Part shown: piece after piece, positions 14,301-25,286 of the stretch | Numbering within the stretch: the first letter of the stretch is position 1 | Layout of the letters: each line of letters begins with the position of its first letter | Assembly (NCBI GenBank): GCA_964016885.1 | Contig: OZ024744.1 | Span: 115,878,001-115,942,000, forward strand | Source of the DNA: Eledone cirrhosa | Taxonomy: Eukaryota | DNA: 64,000 bases | Direction: 5' to 3' | The notes under the pieces: model-generated | Database searches by the model: none | What the model was told of the DNA's origin: nothing | What the model saw: the letters and a program-made list of their open reading frames with translations, nothing else | Translations under genes and position numbers: made by a program

Positions 14301-17300
14301 TCTCTATATATATATAATGTCTCTCATATCTTGTCTCTCTCTATATATATAATGTCTCTCATATCTTGTCGCTCTCTCTCTCTATATATAATGTCTCTCA
14401 TATCTTGTCTCTCTCTATATATATATAATGTCTCTCATATCTTGTCTCTCTCTCTATATATATATAATGTCTCTCATATCTTGTCTCTCTCTATATATAT
14501 AATGTCTCTCATATCTTGTCACTCTCTCTCTATATATATAATGTCTCTCATATCTTGTCTCTCTCTCTCTCTATATATATATAATGTCTCTCATATCTTG
14601 TCTCTCTCTCTATATATACAATGTCTCTCATATCTTGTCTCTTTCTCTATATATATATAATGTCTCTCATATCTTGTCTCTCTCTCTCTATATATATAAT
14701 GTCTCTCATATCTTGTCTCTCTCTATATATATAATGTCTCTCATATCTTGTCACTCTCTCTCTATTTATATAATGTCTCTCATATCTTGTCTCTCTCTCT
14801 ATATATATAATGTCTCTCATATCTTGTCTCTCTCTCTATATATATATAATGTCTCTCATATCTTGTCTCTCTCTCTATATATACAATGTCTCTCATATCT
14901 TGTCTCTCTCTCTATATATACAATGTCTCTCATATCTTGTCTCTCTCTCTATATATATAATGTCTCTCATATCTTGTCTCTCTCTCTATATATATATAAT
15001 GTCTCTCATATCTTGTCTCTCTCTATATATATATAATGTCTCTCATATCTTGTCTCTCTCTCTCTATATATAATCTCTATCATATCTTGTCTCTCTCTCT
15101 CTATATATATAATGTCTCTCATATTTTGTCTCTCTCTCTCTATATATATAATGTCTCTCATATCTTGTCCCTCTCTCTCTATATATAATGTCTCTCATAT
15201 CTTGTCTCTCTCTCTCTATATATAATGTCTCTCATATCTTGTCTCTCTCTCTATATATATAATGTCTCTCATATCTTATCTCTCTCTCTATATATAAAAT
15301 GCCTCTCATATCTTGTCTCTCTCTCTCTATATATATATAATGTCTCTCATATCTTGTCTCTCTCTCTATATATATATAATATCACTCATATCTTGTATCT
15401 ATCTCTATGTATATAATGTCTCTCTCTATATATATAATGTCTCTCATATCTTGTCTCTCTCTCTATATATATATAATGTCTCTCATATCTTGTCTCTCTC
15501 TCTATATATATATATAATGTCTCTCATATGTTGTCTCTCTCTCTCTATATATATAATGTCTCTCATATCTTGTCTCTCTCTCTCTCTATCTATATATAAT
15601 GTCTCTCATATCTTGTCTCTCTCTCTATAAATATAATGTCTCTCATATCTTGTCTCTCTCTATATATATAATGTCTCTCATATCTTGTCACTCTCTCTCT
15701 ATTTATATAATGTCTCTCATATCTTGTCTCTCACTCTCTCTATATATATAATGTCTCTCATATCTTGTCTCTCTCTCTCTATATATATAATGTCTCTCAT
15801 ATCTTGTCTCTCTCTCTATATAGATAATGTCTCTCATATCTTATCTCTCTCTCTATATATATATATAATGTCTCTCATATCTTGTCTCTGTCTCTCTATA
15901 TATATATATAATGTCTCTCATATCTTGTCTCTCTCTCTATATATATGTAATGTCTCTCATATCTTGTCTCTCTCTCTATATATATAATGTCTCTCATATC
16001 TTGTCTCTCTCTCTATATGTATATAATGTCACTCATATCTTGTCTCTCTCTCCCTATATATATAATGTCTCTCATATCTTGTCTCTCTCTCTATATATAT
16101 ATAATGTCTCTCAAATCTTGTCTCTCTCTCTCTATATATAATGTGTCTCATATCTTATCTCTCTCTCTATATATATAATGTCTCTCATATCTTGTCTCTC
16201 TCTCTATATATATATAATGTCTCTCATATCTTGTCTCTCACTCTCTATATATAATGTCTCACATATCTTGTCCCTCTCTCTCTATATATATAATGTCTCT
16301 CATATCTTGTCTCTCTCCGTCTCTCTATATAATGTCTCTAATATCTTGTCTCTCTCTCTCTCAATATATATATAATGTCTCTCATATCTTGTCTCTCTCT
16401 CTATATATATAATGTCTCTCATATCTTGTCTCTCTCTCTATATACATATAATGTCTCTCATATCTTGTCTCTCTCTCTATATATATAATGTCTCTCATAT
16501 CTTGCCTCTCTCTCTCTCTATATATATAAAATGTCTCTCATATCTTGTCTCTCTCTCTATATATATATAATGTCTCTCATATCTTGTCTCTCTCTCTATA
16601 TATATATAATGTCTCTCATATCTTGCCCCTCTCTCTCTATAAATAATGTTTCTCATATCTTGTCCCTCTCTCTCTCTATATATATAATGTCTCTCATATC
16701 TTGTCTCTCTCTCTATATATATAATGTCTCTCATATCTTATCTCTCTCTCTATATATATATAAAATGCCTCTCATATCTTGTCTCTCTCTCTCTATATAT
16801 ATATAATGTCTCTCATATCTTGTCTCTCCGTCTATATATATAATGTCTCTCATATCTTGTCTCTCTCTCTATATATATATATAATGTCTCTCATATCTTG
16901 TCTCTCTCTCTCTCTCTCTATATATAATGTCTCTCATATCTTGTCTCACTCTCTATATATATATTATGTCTATCATATCTTGTCTCTCTCTCTCTATATA
17001 TATATAATGTCTCTCATATCTTGTCTCTCTCTCTCTATATATATATAATGTCTCTCATATCTTGTCTCTCTCTCTATATATATATTATGTCTCTCATATC
17101 TTGTCTCTCTCTCTCTATATATATATAATGTCTCTCATATCTTGTCTCTCTCTCTATATATACAATGTCTCTCATATCTTGTCTCTCTCTCTCTATATAT
17201 ATATAATGTCTCTCATATCTTGTCTCTCTCTCTATATATATATAATGTCTCTCATATCTTGTCTCTCTCTATATATATAATGTCTCTCATATCTTGTCGC

Positions 17301-19209
17301 TCTCTCTCTCTCTATATAATGTCTCTCATATCTTGTCTCTCTCTATATATATATAATGTCTCTCATATCTTGTCTCTCTCTCTATATATATATAATGTCT
17401 CTCATATCTTGTCTCTCTCTATATATATAATGTCTCTCATATCTTGTCACTCTCTCTCTATATATATAATGTCTCTCATATCTTGTCTCTCTCTCTCTCT
17501 ATATATATATAATGTCTCTCATATCTTGTCTCTCTCTCTATATATACAATGTCTCTCATATCTTGTCTCTTTCTCTATATATATATAATGTCTCTCATAT
17601 CTTGTCTCTCTCTCTATATATATATAATGTCTCTCATATCTTGTCTCTCTCTATATATATAATGTCTCTCATATCTTGTCACTCTCTCTCTATTTATATA
17701 ATGTCTCTCATATCTTGTCTCTCTCTCTATATATATAATGTCTCTCATATCTTGTCTCTCTCTCTATATATATATAATGTCTCTCATATCTTGTCTCTCT
17801 CTCTATATATACAATGTCTCTCATATCTTGTCTCTCTCTCTATATATACAATGTCTCTCATATCTTGTCTCTCTCTCTATATATATAATGTCTCTCATAT
17901 CTTGTCTCTCTCTCTATATATATAATGTCTCTCATATCTTGTCTCTCTCTCTATATATATAATGTCTCTCATAATCTTGTCTCTCTCTCTCTATATATAA
18001 TCTCTATCATATCTTGTCTCTCTCTCTCTCTATATATAATGTCTCTCATATTTTGTCTCTCTCTCTATATATATATAATGTCTCTCATATCTTGTCCCTC
18101 TCTCTCTATATATAATGTCTCTCATATCTTGTCTCTCTCTCTCTATATATAATGTCTCTCATATCTTGTCTCTCTCTCTATATATATAATGTCTCTCATA
18201 TCTTATCTCTCTCTCTATATATAAAATGCCTGTCATATCTTGTCTCTCTCTCTCTATATATATATAATGTCTCTCATATCTTGTCTCTCTCTCTATATAT
18301 ATATAATGTCACTCATATCTTGTATCTATCTCTATGTATATAATGTCTCTCTCTATATATATAATGTCTCTCATATCTTGTCTCTCTCTCTATATATATA
18401 TAATGTCTCTCATATCTTGTCTCTCTCTCTATATATATATATAATGTCTCTCATATGTTGTCTCTCTCTCTCTATATATATAATGTCTCTCATATCTTGT
18501 CTCTCTCTCTCTCTATCTATATATAATGTCTCTCATATCTTGTCTCTCTCTCTATAAATATAATGTCTCTCATATCTTGTCTCTCTCTATATATATAATG
18601 TCTCTCATATCTTGTCACTCTCTCTCTATTTATATAATGTCTCTCATATCTTGTCTCTCTCTCTCTCTATATATATAATGTCTCTCACATCTTGTCTCTC
18701 TCTCTATATATATATAATGTCTCTCATATCTTGTCTCTCTCTCTCTATATATACAATGTCTCTCATATCTTGTCTCTCTCTCTATATATACAATGTCTCT
18801 CATATCTTGTCTCTCTCTCTATATATATAATGTCTCTCATATCTTGTCTCTCTCTCTCTATATATATAATGTCTCTCATATCTTGTCTCTCTCTCTATAT
18901 ATATAATGTCTCTCATATCTTGTCTCTCTCTCTCTATATATAATGTCTATCATATCTTGTCTCTCTCTCTCTCTATATATAATGTCTCTCATATCTTGTC
19001 TCTCTCTCTCTATATATATAATCTCTCTCATATCTTGTCTCTCTCTCTATATACAATGTCTTTCATATCTTGTCTCTCTCTCTATATATATATATAATGT
19101 CTCTCATATCTTGTCTCTCTCTCTATATATATATAATGTCTCTCATATCTTGTCTCTCTCTCTATATAGATATTGTCTCTCATATCTTATCTCTCTCTCT
19201 ATATAAAAT

Positions 19210-19445
19210 AATAATGAAATTATTCTGTACAGTACTCAGGTGCACTACAACTCATCAAAGGTGCATGTATAGTACATAGAATAATGTACAAATGTCAGGA
19301 AAATAAACAGTGTATGAGTCATGATATAATAACAATAACAATAATGAAATATTGTGCACAGTGCCCAGGTGCACCACAACCCATCAAAAAAGTGCATGTA
19401 CAGTACATAGGGCAATGCACAAACATCAGTAAAATGAACAGTGCA
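19210..19445 (-). repeat. Degenerate tandem duplication (130-bp period) in the LINE 3' UTR; each unit holds a predicted stem-loop
   Basis: AATAATGAAAT starts at 19210 and 19340. The following ~105 bp align at roughly 80% identity by eye, mostly transitions. Also present in copy 3 (+5161) and partly in copy 1. Confidence 0.85.
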
Positions 19446-19476
19446 CACATGTGTGCATGTGTATGGAAGGGGCACA

Positions 19477-20124
19477 TCAGGTGTAGTTTTGGCGTATTTC
19501 GGGAAGCATGAGTGTCTTAAAGGATGCAGTGTCTCGGCAGCGAACAATTGACGCAGGCAGTTTGTTCCATGTTTCAGCAACTCTGAGCGTGAAAAAATGT
19601 CTGCGAAAGTCATGGGAGCTGTGCTGTTTTCTTATCTTGTAGGCATGTCCACGTGTGTTAGACACATGGAGATCAAAGAGGCGCTCAGGGTTGCAGTTGG
19701 CGAGATGGTTAAAAACTTTGTGGGTATTCACCAAGTCCACTGCCAGACGTCGGAGCTTCAATGAATCCATGCCCAGGGAAGCAAGGCGTTCAGAGTATGG
19801 TAGGTGTCTGATGGAGGGTATGCGCTTGGTTGCACGTCTCTGAACAGTTTCCAGGAGGTCAATGTTCCGAGCAAGATAGGGGTTCCAGACTGATGATGCG
19901 AATTCCAAGTGTGGTCGCACCATAGCTGTATACAGTTTTAAATAGATGGCTGGAGAGCGGCTAACAAAGGTCTTGCTGAGTGATGCCAAGACACCCTCGG
20001 CCTTCTTGACAATCTTAGAGACATGCTTTGTCCAACGCAAATCGTTGCTGACAGTAATGCCTAGGTCACGTTCACAAGAGGACTTTTTGATGTCAGTGTT
20101 GTGGAGGGAGTATGTGGACGCTGG
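19477..20124 (-). pseudogene. LINE ORF2 C-terminal fragment, open reading frame of ~215 codons, no start
   Basis: The 187-aa ORF in the track extends without a stop for 28 more codons to the truncation point (PASTYSLHNTDIKKSSCERDLGITVSND-LRWTKH...). Contains VRPHLEFASSVWNP, LETVQRRATKRI, TRGHAYKI and FFTLRVAETWNKLP. Confidence 0.88.
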
Positions 20125-20125
20125 A

Positions 20126-23100
20126 TTATATATATATAATGTCTCTCATATCTTGTCTCTGTCTCTCTATATATATATAATGTCTCTCATATCTTCTCTC
20201 TCTCTCTATATATATGTAATGTCTCTCATATCTTGTCTCTCTCTCTATATATATAATGTCTCTCATATCTTGTCTCTCTCTCTATATGTATATAATGTCT
20301 CTCATATTTTGTCTCTCTCTCCCTATATATATAATGTCTCTCATATCTTGTCTCTCTCTCTATATATATATAATGTCTCTCAAATCTTGTCTCTCTCTCT
20401 CTATATATAATGTCTCTCATATCTTATCTCTCTCTCTATATATATAATGTCTCTCATATCTTGTCTCTCTCTCTATATATATATAATGTCTCTCATATCT
20501 TGTCTCTCACTCTCTATATATATAAAATGTCTCTCATATCTTGTCTCTCTCTCTATATATATATAATGTCTCTCATATCTTGTCCCTCTCTCTCTATAAA
20601 TAATGTTTCTCATATCTTGTCCCTCTCTCTATATATATATATATAATGTCTCTCATATCTTGTCTCTCTCTCTATATATATAATGTCTCTCATATCTTGT
20701 CTCTCTCTCTATATGTATATATAATGTCTCTCATATCTTGTCTTTCTCTCTATATATATAATGTCTCTCATATCTTATCTCTCTCTCTCTATATATATAA
20801 AATGCCTCTCATATCTTGTCTCTCTCTCTCTATATATATATAATGTCTCTCATATCTTGTCTCTCTCTCTATATATATATAATGTCTCTCATATCTTGTC
20901 CCTCTCTCTCTATAAATAATGTTTCTCATATCTTGTCCCTCTCTCTATATATATATATATAATGTCTCTCATATCTTGTCTCTCTGTCTATATATATAAT
21001 GTCTCTCATATCTTGTCTCTCTCTCTCTATATATATATAATGTCTCTCATATCTTGTCTCTCTCTCTCTATATATACAATGTCTCTCATATCTTGTCTCT
21101 CTCTCTATATATATATAATGTCTCTCATATCTTGTCTCTCTCTATATATAATGTCTCTCATATCTTGTCTCTCTCTATATATAATGTCTCTCATATCTTC
21201 TCTCTCTCTCTCTATATATATATAATGTCTCTCATATCTTGTCTCTCTCTCTATATATATGTAATGTCTCTCATATCTTGTCTCTCTCTCTATATATATA
21301 ATGTCTCTCATATCTTGTCTCTCTCTCTATATGTATATAATGTCACTCATATCTTGTCTCTCTCTCCCTATATATATAATGTCTCTCATATCTTGTCTCT
21401 CTCTCTCTATATATATAATGTCTCTCAAATCTTGTCTCTCTCTCTCTATATATAATGTGTCTCATATCTTATCTCTCTCTCTATATATATAATGTCTCTC
21501 ATATCTTGTCTCTCTCTCTATATATATATAATGTCTCTCATATCTTGTCTCTCACTCTCTATATATAATGTCTCACATATCTTGTCCCTCTCTCTCTATA
21601 TATATAATGTCTCTCATATCTTGTCTCTCTCCGTCTCTCTATATAATGTCTCTCATATCTTGTCTCTCTCTCTCTCAATATATATATAATGTCTCTCATA
21701 TCTTGTCTCTCTCTCTATATATATAATGTCTCTCATATCTTGTCTCTCTCTATATACATATAATGTCTCTCATATCTTGTCTCTCTCTCTATATATATAA
21801 TGTCTCTCATATCTTGCCTCTCTCTCTCTCTCTATATATAAAATGTCTCTCATATCTTGTCTCTCTCTCTATATATATATAATGTCTCTCATATCTTGTC
21901 TCTCTCTCTATATATATATAATGTCTCTCATATCTTGCCCCTCTCTCTCTATAAATAATGTTTCTCATATCTTGTCCCTCTCTCTCTCTATATATATAAT
22001 GTCTCTCATATCTTGTCTCTCTCTCTCTATATATATAATGTCTCTCATATCTTATCTCTCTCTCTCTATATATATAAAATGCCTCTCATATCTTGTCTCT
22101 CTCTCTCTATATATATATAATGTCTCTCATATCTTGTCTCTCTGTCTATATATATAATGTCTCTCATATCTTGTCTCTCTCTCTATATATATATATAATG
22201 TCTCTCATATCTTGTCTCTCTCTCTCTCTCTCTATATATAATGTCTCTCATATCTTGTCTCACTCTCTATATATATATAATGTCTATCATATCTTGTCTC
22301 TCTCTCTATATATATATATAATGTCTCTCATATCTTGTCTCTCTCTCTCTCTATATATATAATGTCTCTCATATCTTGTCTCTCTCTCTATATATATATT
22401 ATGTCTCTCATATCTTGTCTCTCTCTCTCTATATATATATAATGTCTCTCATATCTTGTCTCTCTCTCTATATATACAATGTCTCTCATATCTTGTCTCT
22501 CTCTCTCTATATATATATAATGTCTCTCATATCTTGTCTCTCTCTCTATATATATATAATGTCTCTCATATCTTGTCTCTCTCTATATATATAATGTCTC
22601 TCATATCTTGTCGCTCTCTCTCTCTCTATATAATGTCTCTCATATCTTGTCTCTCTCTATATATATATAATGTCTCTCATATCTTGTCTCTCTCTCTATA
22701 TATATATAATGTCTCTCATATCTTGTCTCTCTCTATATATATAATGTCTCTCATATCTTGTCACTCTCTCTCTATATATATAATGTCTCTCATATCTTGT
22801 CTCTCTCTCTCTCTCTATATATATAATGTCTCTCATATCTTGTCTCTCTCTCTATATATACAATGTCTCTCATATCTTGTCTCTTTCTCTATATATATAT
22901 AATGTCTCTCATATCTTGTCTCTCTCTCTATATATATATAATGTCTCTCATATCTTGTCTCTCTCTATATATATAATGTCTCTCATATCTTGTCTCTCTC
23001 TCTATATATACAATGTCTCTCATATCTTGTCTCTCTCTCTATATATATAATGTCTCTCATATCTTGTCTCTCTCTCTATATATATAATGTCTCTCATATC

Positions 23101-24366
23101 TTGTCTCTCTCTCTATATATATAATGTCTCTCATATCTTGTCTCTCTCTCTCTATATATAATCTCTATCATATCTTGTCTCTCTCTCTCTCTATATATAA
23201 TGTCTCTCATATTTTGTCTCTCTCTCTATATATATATAATGTCTCTCATATCTTGTCCCTCTCTCTCTATATATAATGTCTCTCATATCTTGTCTCTCTC
23301 TCTCTATATATAATGTCTCTCATATCTTGTCTCTCTCTCTATATATATAATGTCTCTCATATCTTATCTCTCTCTCTATATATAAAATGCCTCTCATATC
23401 TTGTCTCTCTCTCTCTATATATATATAATGTCTCTCATATCTTGTCTCTCTCTCTATATATATATAATGTCACTCATATCTTGTATCTATCTCTATGTAT
23501 ATAATGTCTCTCTATATATATATAATGTCTCTCATATCTTGTCTCTCTCTCTATATATATATAATGTCTCTCATATCTTGTCTCTCTCTCTATATATATA
23601 TATAATGTCTCTCATATGTTGTCTCTCTCTCTCTATATATATAATGTCTCTCATATCTTGTCTCTCTCTCTCTCTATCTATATATAATGTCTCTCATATC
23701 TTGTCTCTCTCTCTATAAATATAATGTCTCTCATATCTTGTCTCTCTCTATATATATAATGTCTCTCATATCTTGTCACTCTCTCTCTATTTATATAATG
23801 TCTCTCATATCTTGTCTCTCTCTCTCTCTATATATATAATGTCTCTCATATCTTGTCTCTCTCTCTATATATATATAATGTCTCTCATATCTTGTCTCTC
23901 TCTCTCTATATATACAATGTCTCTCATATCTTGTCTCTCTCTCTATATATACAATGTCTCTCATATCTTGTCTCTCTCTCTATATATATAATGTCTCTCA
24001 TATCTTGTCTCTCTCTCTCTATATATATAATGTCTCTCATATCTTGTCTCTCTCTCTATATATATAATGTCTCTCATATCTTGTCTCTCTCTCTCTATAT
24101 ATAATGTCTATCATATCTTGTCTCTCTCTCTCTCTATATATAATGTCTCTCATATCTTGTCTCTCTCTCTCTATATATATAATCTCTCTCATATCTTGTC
24201 TCTCTCTCTATATACAATGTCTTTCATATCTTGTCTCTCTCTCTATATATATATATAATGTCTCTCATATCTTGTCTCTCTCTCTATATATATATAATGT
24301 CTCTCATATCTTGTCTCTCTCTCTATATAGATATTGTCTCTCATATCTTATCTCTCTCTCTATATA
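20126..24366 (+). repeat. Satellite array segment 2
   Basis: Same monomer and orientation as segment 1. Confidence 0.98.
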
Positions 24367-25286
24367 AAATAATAATGAAATTATTCTGTACAGTACTCAG
24401 GTGCACTACAACTCATCAAAGGTGCATGTATAGTACATAGAATAATGTACAAATGTCAGGAAAATAAACAGTGTATGAGTCATGATATAATAACAATAAC
24501 AATAATGAAATATTGTGCACAGTGCCCAGGTGCACCACAACCCATCAAAAAAGTGCATGTACAGTACATAGGGCAATGCACAAACATCAGTAAAATGAAC
24601 AGTGCACACATGTGTGCATGTGTATGGAAGGGGCACATCAGGTGTAGTTTTGGCGTATTTCGGGAAGCATGAGTGTCTTAAAGGATGCAGTGTCTCGGCA
24701 GCGAACAATTGACGCAGGCAGTTTGTTCCATGTTTCAGCAACTCTGAGCGTGAAAAAATGTCTGCGAAAGTCATGGGAGCTGTGCTGTTTTCTTATCTTG
24801 TAGGCATGTCCACGTGTGTTAGACACATGGAGATCAAAGAGGCGCTCAGGGTTGCAGTTGGCGAGATGGTTAAAAACTTTGTGGGTATTCACCAAGTCCA
24901 CTGCCAGACGTCGGAGCTTCAATGAATCCATGCCCAGGGAAGCAAGGCGTTCAGAGTATGGTAGGTGTCTGATGGAGGGGATGCGCTTGGTTGCACGTCT
25001 CTGAACAGTTTCCAGGAGGTCAATGTTCCGAGCAAGATAGGGGTTCCAGACTGATGATGCGAATTCCAAGTGTGGTCGCACCATAGCTGTATACAGTTTT
25101 AAATAGATGGCTGGAGAGCGGCTAACAAAGGTCTTGCTGAGTGATGCCAAGACACCCTCGGCCTTCTTGACAATCTTAGAGACATGCTTTGTCCAACGCA
25201 AATCGTTGCTGACAGTAATGCCTAGGTCACGTTCACAAGAGGACTTTTTGATGTCAGTGTTGTGGAGGGAGTATGTGGACGCTGGA
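24367..25286 (-). mobile_element. 5'-truncated CR1-type LINE, copy 3
   Basis: Same junctions as copy 2 at offset 5161. One visible difference from copy 2: G at 24980, a synonymous Ile codon change. Confidence 0.92.
24638..25285 (-). pseudogene. LINE ORF2 C-terminal fragment, open, no start
   Basis: Translation identical to copy 2 in the ORF track. Confidence 0.88.

Larger units (their letters stand above)
827..19205 (+). repeat. Satellite array segment 1, monomer ATGTCTCTCATATCTTG(TC)n(TA)m, ~37-39 bp
   Basis: Uninterrupted head-to-tail repeats of a 17-bp core followed by a compound (TC)~4-8(TA)~3-8 microsatellite, with scattered point variants. Confidence 0.98.
19206..20125 (-). mobile_element. 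5'-truncated CR1-type LINE, copy 2 (~920 bp: ORF2 3' end plus ~270 bp 3' UTR)
   Basis: Non-satellite island inserted in a (TA)n run, with CR1-like ORF2 C-terminal motifs. The sense 3' end reads ...ATTTCATTATTATTT(T), an A/T-rich short-repeat tail with no poly(A). Confidence 0.92.

Noticed and set aside
19241-19265. Hammerhead ribozyme suggested by UUGAUGAG in the sense-strand hairpin loop
   Set aside because: No CUGANGA with a correctly placed GAAA and stem II, and the second unit reads UGAUGGG.
19477-20124. Functional or domesticated RT gene, or an autonomous element
   Set aside because: No start codon, promoter, endonuclease or catalytic RT core. The open frame is explained by recent insertion.
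1-25286. Telomere-maintaining retrotransposon array (HeT-A/TART or TRAS/SART-like)
   Set aside because: The copies come from one insertion, are separated by kilobases of satellite, and no canonical telomeric repeat is present.
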